Assembly: GCF_018977255.1 (NCBI RefSeq)
Contig: NW_024704743.1
Coordinates: forward strand, 33,048,001 to 33,112,000
Reading direction: 5' to 3'
Length of the DNA stretch: 64,000 nt
DNA from: Callorhinchus milii
Lineage: Eukaryota
Below the pieces are notes generated by a model that was not told the origin of the DNA, made no database searches, and saw only the letters and a program-made list of their open reading frames with translations. The position numbers and the translations under genes were made by a program. Shown here one piece after another: positions 1 to 12,721 of the stretch (within the stretch, counting starts at the first letter, position 1; each line of letters opens with the position of its first letter).

Positions 1-227
1 GTAAGAGGCTTTAAATTGCAGAATGCTCTCATTTATACTTCCTGTATAGTCAGATAGCAATTTTTCCCCAAATAAAATGTCCTTATGATAAAATACTGTA
101 GTGTCAGCAATCACATACATTTAAAAGCTGTTGAATTATTAGCCTTTAGTGTCAGAGATCCACGGTTGCTACGTTTTGCAAAGTCAGCTTCAGTGTTGTA
201 CATTAAAACTCTGGTTGATCAACCTCA

Positions 228-600
228 ATGGCTGAGTTGCTAAAACAAGTACAGCCAAATTGAGCTAACAGAAATTGGGACAGCTTCCAGATTCAATCAC
301 CCAAGGGCAACAATGGGGTGGTGGGGGCAGTGCTTTGATTACAATTTCAGGCTGGGGAAGGGGCAGAGCAAAAACAGGCCCACATTCTGATCTGAATACA
401 GGCCTATAGCGATCGTAATCCAGTGACTACTGTTGGAAAGTGCACATGGACTGTAGGTCAAGACACAAGTAAGCTCAGTTGTAATGCTCCCCACAATCAC
501 ATAGACTGCCAGCACAAGTTGTTTAGGCTACTTAATTGTGGGGAGAAACACAACTGAGCTTGCTTCTGTCTTGACTCGGCCAGTGTGGTCCAAGGCCTGC
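228..600 (+). mobile_element. Old SINE-like repeat with extended tRNA-like head (related copies about 11590-11870 -, 36740-37005 -, 60465-60670 +, 4670-4730 +)
   Basis: Copies share diverged blocks such as box-A-like ggctcag/ggctgag, box-B-like ggtttgattccc, aattggcatc and atccagtgac..ctgttggaaag; strongly decayed. Confidence 0.5.
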
Positions 601-959
601 AAAGTCTATCAAAAACAATCTCCCGTTCCTTCTAGTGATCACAATGATCACAATCCAGTGACTCCTGTTGGAAATATCCTCCGCCTTGCCCATCTTCAGA
701 TCACACCAAAGACTTTCCTCTTTGACTCCCCATTCCCTCTCTCGGATTCAAGTTCCGCCAATGTTCTGTGCACTGAGATGCTACCCCGAATGAAGGGCCC
801 TAAATAAATGCAAGTCAAAGTTTCACTTTTCCGGTGAAGTGGAGTGACTACTTGTAGCCAAATGCAGCATCCAATTTGTGCAGAAGTTTGTAAAATTCTT
901 AAGCCAGTCTTAATGTGGAAAATTTCTAAGAACTGCTTTCAACTTCTTACAAAGAGTTC

Positions 960-1465
960 AGAATGCACAAGCTCCAGATCATCCAGAACCTCTCCCGTAC
1001 CAGGTTCAGGGACCCCATCAAGCCCACCCTCACCCAGCTCCACTGGCTCCCTGTCCCCCTGAAGTTAGAGTTGAAAATCCTTGTCCTTGCCTTCAAGGCC
1101 CTCCACGGCCTTGCTCCTCCCTGCCTCTGCGACCTACTGACCCTATATCAAACTGTCTACTCCCTCCGCTCAGCAGGCTCTGGCCTGCTCCACGTCCCCC
1201 GCCCGGCCCAACCCACCATTGGCGGTCAGGCCTTCAGTCTTTCTGCCTCCACCCTATGGCACTCCATCCCACATTCCCTTTGCCTCGCTCCCTTCCTTAC
1301 TACCTTCAAGACGCATTTCAAAACCATCCTCTTTGACCAAGCCTTTGGCCACCCTCCTACCCTCCCCGATCCTGATCCCCAGCTCGGGTCCAAATCCCTG
1401 ACTGTCTAGCGCCTTGGGACATCCTCCCAACATAAAAGGCGCTATACAAATGTAATTTTGTATTG
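960..1465 (+). mobile_element. L2-clade LINE 3' fragment
   Basis: ORF 963..1409 has the L2 ORF2 C-terminal motif LHWLP..KILVLAFKALHGLAPP; tail ttgggacatcctcccaacataaaaggcgctatacaaatgtaa. Confidence 0.9.
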
Positions 1466-1747
1466 TATTGTACAACTGGTTTCCAATTGAAACTGAAGTT
1501 AAGAGTTTTTGCAAAATTTTGCACGTTACATTTTACACTCCAGACTTTTGGGGGACTTTGCAGGCTGCAAAATTCATACAAAGGAAAGTGCAATTAATGG
1601 AATGATGACAGTATGTAAATGAGATCCCATTGTGTTATATCATAACTTTGAAACTATCTATAGTGAAGTTTCAATTCTTTCACATGTAGCATAAGGTAAT
1701 TGAATTCAATCATAAATGTACTAATTAGATAAACATTGTGATCTTAC

Positions 1748-1825
1748 CATATCTAACGCACAGTCTGTGTTTGATAGATCAAGATGAATAAGGGTGTTTG
1801 GCTGAGCCAGAAAATTGTACAGGTT
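1748..1825 (-). CDS. CARMIL1: CARMIL1 exon (human exon 14 equivalent), [26 protein letters not shown]; gene continues beyond position 1
   Basis: 78 nt; acceptor TTCACAG, donor GTAAGA; phase 0/0; matches human [26 protein letters not shown]. Confidence 0.96.
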
Positions 1826-2822
1826 CTGTGAAAAAATAAATTTTAAAAATGTTGAGAACAAAACAGCATCCGGCACTGTTGATCTGTAAACACAAATGGC
1901 ATTACCTTTCTATTCTGGTAATGCATGTTATTTTGATAACATTGCAAAACAAGTGCCGATCCACATTAAAATGATTGCACCCACAATCACCTTGATCTTT
2001 ATAAGGTGAATGAGGTTATGTGGAGGGAACATGTGGGGCTCATCGCAAGCTGCATGCTAACTCTATACCTTGGATAACCCAATTAAAACAGCTGCATGCA
2101 CCCACAATGAAACTGGCTCCCTTTCCTCACGATTGCACGGGTTGAGATTTTATGGCTCCCAAACACACATTACAGTGAAACAAATTTACTGTGTATATCC
2201 AAGTAGAAATGACAATGTTAGGAATGCCAATGGATATCTTTTACAATATTTAATTTTTTCTATAGAAAGAGATTGTGCCATTGAGTGTAAGGACATAAAA
2301 AAATAAACTTCCAGTGGTGTGTTTTACAATATTTTGTTGACAGGATTCTTTGGTAAGGAATAAGATTTACGCAGCTAGTGATTCCTTCCAGTAACCAGAA
2401 ATACACCACAACAACTAGATGGGAACTCAGCTCTGATGCCATCTAGGTCTGCAACAAAATTGTCATGGTCGAAGATTAAAATTAAATTGAAATTAAACCT
2501 AATTAAAATATTCCCCCATTTGAAGTGTTTTCTGCTCACTCTGTTCCTCTTCTGCCTCTCTTGCCTAAGAGTGAAATTTAACATAACCTTCAATAAACTG
2601 ACATTTCTTCCAGATTACAGTCTAATTGGTTCCGCTGTGCTTGTGTTCCACACGGTATTTATTCTTCTTCTCAGGAGGCATCAGTCTTCAAACAACTGGT
2701 CGATTGCTTAATGTAGCAAATAACCCAACATTTAAACTGCGAGAATGCAGTCTGAACCATTAAAATGAACATAAACAGAGTTATTTATCACTGCAATAAA
2801 ATACGGATAAAATACAGCATAC

Positions 2823-2926
2823 CGATAGATCGTCTCCACGGAGCAGGTTCCCTGAGAGGTCGAGATGTGTGAGGAAGTTGGGAATTAGCTGGTTGGCACT
2901 CAGTGACAGGGCAAGGCTGTTCACCC
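2823..2926 (-). CDS. CARMIL1: CARMIL1 exon (human exon 13 equivalent), (G)[34 protein letters not shown]
   Basis: 104 nt; acceptor TTACAG, donor [18 protein letters not shown]. Confidence 0.96.
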
Positions 2927-3110
2927 CTGTAACAATACAGAATAGATTTAATAAGGTCATCCAAAGTTTTTAAGGAGTACTAATACATGCTACAAACATT
3001 AATTACAGGCAGTCACATGGCTGGAAAAAAATTCTCTTGATAACGGTAAGTGAATTCCTGAAGAATTGATGGGAAATATGATACCCTTTAAAGATTTGTG
3101 AACAACTAGG

Positions 3111-3458
3111 ATAATAATAATCCTTACATTTCTTTTTAGTGCCTTATCACATCTTTGAGACGTCTCAAAGTGCTTCACAGAATATACTGTGAAGTGAATT
3201 GACTGTATATTTTATGTGAGAAATGCAGCAGCCAATTGCGCATAGCAGTGTCCCACGAACAGTTGTAGATTGAGTGACCAAATTATTATTTTTTTGAAGG
3301 GATTATTACCCTGATACACCAATGAACTAACAACCGGGTTGTACTCGGTAAACAGGTGTGTGGAGTAAGGAAGATCGCCTAAAGTTTCGCCCTGCCTGGG
3401 AATTGAACCCTAGCCCTCTCGCTTACGAGGCGAGTGCTCTAACCACTAAGCTACAGGA
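3111..3458 (-). mobile_element. tRNA-derived SINE (family A), near full length
   Basis: Head TAGCTTAGTGGTTAGAGCACTCGC..GGGTTCAATTCC; tail ending (TTA)n; AGGATAAT repeated at both ends (3108, 3455), a likely target-site duplication. Confidence 0.88.
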
Positions 3459-3594
3459 TAATGCAAGACTCATTTCTATTTCACAAAACAATCTAGCTGT
3501 TGATGTTACACTCAAGGTAACATTAGTTAGTGCAGCATTCTCATTGCAGGACTGAAGAAAGTTTGTGTGTGTGACCTTCAGGAGTCGGAGCAAT

Positions 3595-4230
3595 AACAAC
3601 AAAAAAAGCAATTATGGAACATCTTTCACATTGAGAGGACATCCCAATGCGCCGGACAGTCAAGGGTTTGCACCCCAGCTGGGGGTTGGAATCAAGGTGG
3701 GTGGAGGGCAATGGGGTGGGAGAATGACCAAACGCATGGTCAAAGAGGAAGGTCTTAAGACAGGATTTGAAGTAGGCAAAGGTGCCAGCGAGGGCGGGGG
3801 ATTCCAGGATGGACTTCCGAAGGATGGGAGCAGAAAGGCTGAAGGCTTGACTACCGATGTGGAGCGAGCAGGGCGGAGGACATGGAGCAGGCCAGTGCCC
3901 GCCAAGTTTGGTCACTTTTAGCAGGTTGTAGAGGTAAGGAGGAACAAGACCATTGAAGGCTTTAAAAGTGAAGACGAGGATCTGAACTGGATCCTCTAGG
4001 GGATATGAAGCCGGGCAAGGATAGGGATGAGTGGCTCACGGAGCCTGGTGCGGGAGAGAACACAAGTTGCAGAGTTCTGAATAATCTGCAGTTTGCGGAG
4101 GCAAGAGTTGGGAAGTCCGGCGAGCAGGGGTTTAGCTTAGTGAAGCCTGGGGGTGATGAAAGAATAGATGAAGGTGACCTGTGGGGGGAGGTAGGCAGAA
4201 TGGGTCATGGCATTGATGTAGGGTTTAAAA
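3595..4230 (-). mobile_element. L2 LINE 3' fragment
   Basis: Reverse-strand ORF 3541..3915 (GSQAFSLSAP..FKSCLKTFLFD) is homologous to the 960..1465 copy. Confidence 0.85.
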
Positions 4231-4857
4231 GATCGTTAAATTAGCATCATCACAGTTGTGTTAATGTAATTTAAACAAACTGTTATGATTGCTAACAAGA
4301 GGAATTACTAATATCCAATATCTTATCATGAATATTTTATGATTGACACATATGCAGATTTTCATGTAAATCTAATTTCACTAGTGTCAAGAGATATTAT
4401 CTGAGCTGCAGATCATTGCAAAGAACACTCCTGCACTCTGTGCATGAGTCTTTGGTATAGATGGAATACTTTTTGGCTGCATCAAAATGACCCCCCACCG
4501 CGGGACATTTTCCATGTTCAACGTACCTAATTTGCTCTTTTACCACACAATCAACGTCAAGAATTAAATCATTTTCTTGGTACTATTTTATTTAAAATTA
4601 AGGAAGCCATAACTGAAGTAATTCATCAGGCATAGGCTTATTAAAAGCAAGATTCATACACAAGTTTAAATAGCGCAGTTGATGTATTCAGACCAGGAAA
4701 GTCCAAGGTTTGATTCCCATCAGGAAAGGAAACATTTGACCCCCCAAAAAATCTAACTTGCTAAAATCCTTAAATATTAATGCAGCACCGATTTACAAAT
4801 GGATGATTTCAAGTTTTTCTGCAAAGGTAAGCTCTCTCAATTTTTATACTAAGAGTA

Positions 4858-5100
4858 TTAGGCATTTCTTCACTCAGAGGGTAGTTCACTACCCAGGAAG
4901 GCTGTAGATGCTCAGTCCTTGAACATCTTCAAGGCTGAGACTGATAGATTTTTTAAAAAAATAGAGGGATTAGGGGATATGGGGATAGGGCAGGTAATTA
5001 GAGTTAGATCTGAAGATCAGCCATGATCTTATCAAATGGTGGGGCAGACTCGAGGGGCTGAATGGCCTACTCCTGCTCCTAATTCTTATGTTCTTATGTT
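4858..5100 (+). mobile_element. CR1-clade LINE 3' end
   Basis: ttcttcactcagagggtag (FFTQRV), then 3' UTR gaatggcctactcctgctcct and an (ttcttatg)-type terminal repeat. Confidence 0.8.
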
Positions 5101-5669
5101 CATAGACACATGCATGGAATATAAATACCAGCTGGACAAGTTAGGCCGAATGGCCTATTTCTGAGCCACACAATCTTTGAATTAACCATCAAACATTATT
5201 AAAAAGTCTTAATTTAAAAGACAAGCATTTGTGCTGGTTGAGTATTACTTTTCATAAATGCATATAGAATGGATGATGTGTGTTTATACCTGCATTCGTC
5301 CTTTTAAAGGTTTATTTTAATGGAATAGACACTGTGGGATGACAAGAGATAGTCAGATAGATTAAGAAGGCCCTTTGATCTCATTCTTCCAGAATACCCA
5401 CTGTACTATTTTTTCATTACAACACATCAAGCCATGTCTTGAAAGAATCCTGGCATAAACCACGCTTGCTATCACCTTAATTACCTACAGCATATAGTTG
5501 GCATTCACAGAACTGAACCTGTGCCCTTATTCCCAGTAAATTGCAAAATATTAAACTGGGTTTGCTTTCTCTTTCCTATTTAGCATCGTATAGATCTCTA
5601 GAGTGTCCCCAAGGGAATCTGGTTTTAGATAATTAATAATTATTATTATTACCAATGCTAGTTATACTA

Positions 5670-5786
5670 CAAGCACAATTTAACCCCAGTAATTGCTTCC
5701 AGCAGTTTTAAGTGGAGAACCAGCACTGAGCAAGACTGTTCTGCATATACCACTCTTCTAGTCAGAGGAAAACAAAATATGAGCTC
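5670..5786. repeat. Copy 1 of a ~110-bp local direct duplication (copy 2 at 7297..7406)
   Basis: 28-nt identical core agttttaagtggagaaccagcactgagc, with flanks alignable throughout. Confidence 0.9.
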
Positions 5787-7296
5787 TGTAAGGGTAGTAA
5801 GAAAAGTAATTACAATTACTACACAAAATTACAGGATATCAATCAATTTATTTACCAACCCGCTAAAGTTCCCTGTTAACTCCTGTTCCATCGCAAAGGG
5901 GCCTCCTCGTTTACTATCAAATTCCTGCTTTCTGAATCGTTTCTGATCGTTACTCCCACACATTTTCTCTTAATTTAGCTGCTATGGTATGGTCCCAATG
6001 ATACTGGCTGTTGAAAAGAAAGATAGATAGGTAGTTCAAAAGTACTGGTATTAAGGGGCATTGGGAAAAAGTCAGAAAAATGGGGATAAAAATTCTGCCA
6101 TCCTGGAACAGGTTCAATGGCCTCTTCCTGATCTGATATGCCTATCCGAGTTCCCCATGGAATACACCTATAAAGGCCAAAAGCGCTCAGAATTAAGATG
6201 GATTTGAATTAGTAACCTGGTTGATTATGTAAATGAAGTTCATACTGGAGCAGTCAGAACATAATAATAATAATAATCGTTGTAATTAATATAGCACTTT
6301 TCACATCTTCTAGACAGCTCAAAAAAGCGCTTCACAGAATATGCTGTAAAGTGAATTGACTGTATATTTGTGGGCGATAGGTGTTGGGCAATTGAGTTGT
6401 TGAACAGGTTCTTTGGTCACCTCCCCTTCCCCTTTGCTTAGTGTCCAACCCTGCCCCTGTTCAGCGCACAGAAAGTCTATCCTACATGAAGGGCACAACA
6501 TAAATGCAGATTGCTGTTTTCTTAGATCATTAGCAGATCTTTCAATCCTATTTCTGCCTTTGCTCCATGTCTTTCACTTCCTATATATTTAAACATTTCT
6601 CTTTTAAATGTGCCAAACTATTCTGAATCAACAATGCCACAACCTCTGTGTAAAGATTTTTTTGTGAACTCACTCCTAACTGACTGAGTTCTAATTTTAA
6701 CATTTTGTTTCCTGTTGTGGATCCCTCAACAAGAGGGTAGAGACAATCCCTATTAAGTAAGTCACTTTGATGAACTCCAAAATAATTACAAAATAAGTTT
6801 TAAGAAGATTTTTAAAAAAAATGAGGTTTTGTTTATTTCAAAAGCTAGTGATTAATTACTCAATATAAAAATATACACTGTAAAACATTTTACTGACTGA
6901 TCCATGTATTTAATCTGACCCCATAAGCAATTCACATCAGATCATATTTCATTTTAATTCTACTCCACCACAGAATTCATTACAGACTTCAGTCTAATTC
7001 ATTATTGTCGTCTCATCTGCACAGATTTATAAACTCTATCCCACACCCACAGTTTCATTAAATTCTAATCAGTTCAATTAATTTAAAGTATAATCCCTAA
7101 TCTTGGTCAGTGTAAGAACCAAATGCATTAGTGCGGAAGAGAATCGATTCTGTTAACCCTAGATAAAATGTTGTTTCTGCAGCATTATGGAAACCCAATC
7201 CCCTCAATCCTTATGGCACTCGATATGAGGAGGAATAGTAGTTATTTACAGCAGAGATGCAGCAGAAGCTTCAAGGTCAGCACTTGAAACCATTTT

Positions 7297-7406
7297 CAAG
7301 CACCATTTAACTCCAGTAGCTGCTTCCAGAAGTTTTAAGTGGAGAACCAGCACTGAGCTGGACTGTTCTGAATACACCACAATCCAGTCAGAGGAACACA
7401 GAGCTC
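7297..7406. repeat. Copy 2 of the ~110-bp local direct duplication
   Basis: Aligns end to end with 5670..5786. Confidence 0.9.
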
Positions 7407-7862
7407 AAAACACACGCGCACACACACACATCGATGCTCAAAAGCCTTTGACTGCTGGCAAAATGTGTAATAAGGAGCTGAAGGTATTTGATTAAGTTTC
7501 AAACCATGAGAGATTGAAATCGTAAAGGCGTTTTGGATATTCAAACCCAGACCAGACTTTCAGAGGTCTCACACAACCATCCTCCCATTAGAGCGTCAAC
7601 CTATTTCTAAATAAGTACAGTTCCATCTCATATCCAGTAACCCCTTCCTCCGGTCGATTACCCTCCATGTAAAGAAATACTTCCTTGGCTTCACCTGCAC
7701 GTTTAACTACTTTGTACTGAATCTGTGTATCCAGGACGCTACCCCGCGTGACAGGCGCTATATAAATGCAAGTTGTTGTTGTTGTGTCCATGACATTAAT
7801 GAATATTACCAGGAGAGGTCCCATACCTTCTCCCACATGGATCTGATTTTGAAATTCTGTGC

Positions 7863-8256
7863 TTTCTGAAGAATTTCCTGATGTAAAGTACAAATGGGTT
7901 TGAGCTGGAAAGAAACTTTAATAGGTCTGAGAACAGAAGTGAGCTGTGAAATTGACATGTGAATTATATCCATAGGGAAATGTAATGCATTAGCATCTCC
8001 CAACTGAAATATAAAACACTTGTTTAGGTGTAAACTCACCATTTATTTCCTTTTAAGAACTATAAATTAGGGTGTGTATTACTGGTTCAGAAAAAATATT
8101 CTACATTGCAAACCCAGATCATGAATGATTTAGCAGAATCAACTGAAGGATTTAAAAGAGAATTAGATAAGCACAGCTCACTTCTGTTCTCAGACTATTT
8201 AAGTTTCTTTCCACCTCAAACCCATTTGTACTTTACATCAGGAAATTCTTCAGAAA
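7863..8256. repeat. ~85-bp near-perfect inverted repeat (arms 7863..7948 and 8172..8256)
   Basis: tttctgaagaatttcctgatgtaaagtac...gagctgtg is the reverse complement of cacagctc...gtactttacatcaggaaattcttcagaaa, with only a few differences. Confidence 0.95.
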
Positions 8257-8647
8257 TTAGATGCAAAGGAAGGGTGTAAGAAAGTACAAGGAGAGAGCAG
8301 GGAATTGGGAATAAAATGGATGGCTTCTTAGACAAACAAACACCGACATGAAAAAGGAGGCTGAATGGTCTCAGACTGCTGTTCATTTCTAGATTTCCAT
8401 GGATTTAGGCAACATATTAATAAGTCACGTTACACAAAACTTGAAGGGGTATTTGAATGGAGGAGGAAAAAAGTGCTATTACTATAAAGTCCTAGTGCAA
8501 AATTGCAATCTTTTGGATCTCAGTCAAGATGTATCCCATCCAAAACCTATTCCTTGACGTGTTGAATAGCAGGCTAATGATTGATATTGGCACGCTATTT
8601 GCTGGTTCGGCCCACAGTTTAATTAGGTGTAAACCTTGACATGTAGA

Positions 8648-8930
8648 ATAATAATCCTTGCATTTGCATTTGATATAGTGCCTTATCACATCGAGATGTC
8701 TCAAAGCGCTTCACAGAATATACTGTAAAGCGAATTGACTGAAAATCTTACGGACGAAACGCAGCAGTCAATTTCGGACAGCAGTGTCCCACAAACAGTC
8801 GTGGATTGAGTGACCAAATTATTATTATTTTTGAAGGGATTATTACCCAGGGAAATGCGATCTGCAATCGACTAACAACTGGTTTCTAATTTACTGCTTG
8901 GTAAACAGAGGGGGGTGGAGTGAGGACAAC
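8648..8930 (-). mobile_element. SINE family A, 5'-truncated
   Basis: Same tail and body as the 3111..3458 copy; tRNA head missing. Confidence 0.85.
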
Positions 8931-11900
8931 TGTATCAGGCTTTGCTGTGGTGAGCATAAAATGTATCTACATTTCTGTATAACTAAGAAACTGCTGAAGG
9001 TTAATCTTCGGTATCTTTACAGGAAATCAAGACGTATTAAGCATAATCTGTTTGAATTTGCAGGTTAATGATTGATATTGAAACGAGGCTAAGATAAGTA
9101 AGGGTATTTCAATAAATCAAGATAATGTTCAAATCGTGACAACAATTTAAATGAAAAGACGTCATTTCATGCAAATTAAGTGAGCATTTCTTAAAACAAG
9201 GCAGGCGCAGACTGGGACAGATGTTTTATTAATTTAGCAGTCAACAGACAGAGTTCAACATAACTGTTCAACAGATAGTGTCCAAGAATTGTTTATTTAG
9301 ATTATTAAATAATAATAATCATCCTTACATTTGATATAGTGCCTTTCATGTTAAGAGGACCTCCCAAAGAGCTTCACGGGATGTGTAAAGTGCAGTGATT
9401 TCGTATTTTATGGGCACATGCGACAGCCCTTTCCCCATAGCAATGTCTGACAAACAGCCCTGCCATGAATGACCAATTTTTCCTGAGGACTGTTGGCCAG
9501 GAAACTCTTGGGATCTTTAACATCTATCTGAACAGGCAGAATTGAGTTTAAGGTCAAACAGAACCTAAAGCCTAAGAAGACTTATTATAATATAGAGAAC
9601 GTGAGAGTCATTTCAATTATTCTTAAGTGACTTCTATACAAGTATCAGGGTAAACATGACACTGAGGTTGAAATAGCTCTTGTTAGACCTTGGCTATCTA
9701 GGGTCAATGCTGAGGTCTCAACGGTCAGCATGAGGTACATGAGGTTCACTCCTGGAGATGAAGTTTGCAGTACAAGATGTTTTTTTATGGCACCAAGGTA
9801 CCAGTAATTTTCCACTTTCCTGAAGAATGATTTTTTCAACTCCAATGCAGAGATGACCTGTAGATAACAGCAAGTGGGATATTGAATTTCTCCCCCATTT
9901 ATCTATGAAGCAGGTGAGGCGCTAAAGTCTAGCCAAATCTTTCAGGGCACAAATTCAGTAGAAATATTACAGGCAGTCATGAAATAGCAATTTCAAGAAA
10001 TACATTATTCACATCAGTCTTCACTAATGAAGGCCTTAAATAAATTCATTGTCTGATCACATCATCTTAGGGACTGATAGACTACATTGAGCCAATGACA
10101 TGCAGATTCAAAAACAGATTCAAGACAATGTGGAAGATAATTACAAAATATTTTTCTGGCATTCCGCTTGATGACCAACAAATCATTCCAAGCAAACAAA
10201 TTAGCAGTAAGAAAGAACCCGGTTGTTAGTCTATTGGCAGATTGCTTTCCGGGGTAATAATCCCACAAAATATACAGTCAATTCGCTTTACAGTGCATTC
10301 TGTGAAGCGCTTTGAGATGTCTCGAAGACGTGATAAGTCACTACATTAAATGCAAGGATTATTAGTATTCAATCAATGTGGAATTCCTAGACAGGCTAAA
10401 CCAACTCTGAGATACATATCAAAGATATTTCAAAGCACATTACTTTGACCCTGAATACTTTAAATCACTGGAGAAGGTTTAGGTATGAACAAAAAATATT
10501 TAGTATTAATTCCTTTATTATGAGGAAAAGTTCCACAAAATTTTATTTGTTTTCATTGGAAAAAGAATTGGGGGAGGAAAACCTGATTCTGAGTAGCACT
10601 AATCATGTTAATGTAAGCAGGTTTAACCAAGTGCAGATTAAAGACCTTGAGGGCACAAATGCAAAATTACATCACCCTCAAGCAAGACTAAAGATCAGAA
10701 TATTTTATCTTCTACATGACAGTAGATATCTGGAATAAAGTGGATTGACGCAAGCAGTTAATACTTTGGTGATCGACACCCTTTTATTAAAATAAAATGG
10801 ATTAATATCTGGTTAAGAATGGGATTGAAAGTTAAATAAATGAGCATGGACACATAAGATTAAACAGTGGATGGAACACAATGATTCCCTTGCTGCTGGG
10901 AATGTTGCCTGAGTGCTGCAAGTGGTTGAGGTTGGCTCATGTTGACAATAAATTTAGATTGATGGTCCTGAACCTTTGCTTAATGGAACTCCTGATTAAA
11001 CACTGAGGTAATTGTACAAATGTGAGCACAGAACTTTAACAACACCCTCTGGAATTACTGGACAATTTTCTGTTCTTAATGTTGTCTTTCTTTTTGTGGA
11101 AATAAAATCACACGTCAGTAAATTGGAAACAACGGGTATCTAATTCAAATAAAAGATTTCAGTCAATAAGAATTTTAAATAAGATTATTGGTATGAAACC
11201 CCCTCCTTATATTTTGCATAGTCAACAATACCATGGCAGAAAGCTGCACAGCATAAAGTTTTGCTGACGGTGTACTGCAGTGCAGCTTACACACAACTGA
11301 ACTGTAAATTAGCTCCAAGGTCTATGATTGATGGGAATTACCTGGTATTTTTTCCCATCAGCAGCCTGTTAAAATTAAGAGTTGGGTAATTCATAAGGTT
11401 TTGAGTGTGATTTACGAAATTGTTATTCCTTCTGTCAGGGATGAATACAATATCTACACGTCAATAGAGCTGATGCAAATTATATGTGCTTACACATGAC
11501 AATTCTATTCTTTTCCTTTCTCTTTCAGTTTGACTGCCTTTGCTGTAAATATCATTTTTGTTTCACCAGGCACCTTCTGACACCTTGCCCCAGTTTCTAT
11601 TATTGATCTGTTTGCTTTGACAGTAAGTCTCAACATATGATTTAATTGCTGAGGGGCAAATAACAGCTGGATCTGATCATGCCTTTAACTCTCATCAGGG
11701 TCCTCTGGATAGCAATCATAAGTGGGTATCTTTTTCCTCCCAAATCCCAGGGTCACTGATGCCAATTTTGGGCCTCAACATACTTCCCATCATGTGATAT
11801 TTTAGCTCAGCACCTGTGACATTCCGGTCTGTTTGGCTTAACATTTCCCTGGGTGATGCCATCAGATGGGTTTTAAGTCCCGTTGTTAACATGCAAGTTT

Positions 11901-12445
11901 CCCAAATTAAGCACTTTTAGGTACAACGTAAAGCTCACTAGAAGACCCGTTACAAACCCATGAACAGAACATTTCAAAATTTCTAGAGCAGACAAAGGAA
12001 TGGGTTAAAATATTATGCTTTACATTGTGCCACAGGGATGTAAGATAACACAGAAAAATCCTCAAATCCTTGGTGTGGACCAAGACAACAAAAAAAATGG
12101 GAAGCACTGATTGAAGACCTTAGGGAAGGGAAAAAAAGACAAGAACCCACCTAGAATGCGTGTGTGACCCTTTATGAAACACTATTGGCAGGAGCTTGGC
12201 AGTGGACGGTCATCCTGTCAGTGTATGGAAGAAAACCATAATTATGATAACCAGCCGAGCCTTCAGCCATTAACTCCTTACTGTCTAGAACTCCTTCCTA
12301 AAATTCCTGTGCCTTGTTCCTTTCTACACTCTCAAACAACATCTCTCTGTGACCTTTGTTCTCCCTTTGGTTAACATTAAATTCCCCTTCCTCTCCTCCT
12401 CCCTATTGCCTCTGTGAGATGGTACATCTCAGATGAACCGTGCTA

Positions 12446-12721
<276 letters not shown>

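Noticed and set aside
963..1409. 148-aa ORF and similar long ORFs (25449, 30366, 30694, 37494, 38510, 41465, 59972) as host genes
   Set aside because: They are decayed L2/CR1 ORF2 fragments, their antisense frames or SINE read-through, with no splice context
9802..9857. Possible extra minus-strand exon (CTACAG|GTCATC...TTACTG|GTACCT)
   Set aside because: 56 nt would shift the frame between the phase-1 exons 12 and 13; weak donor; no CARMIL similarity
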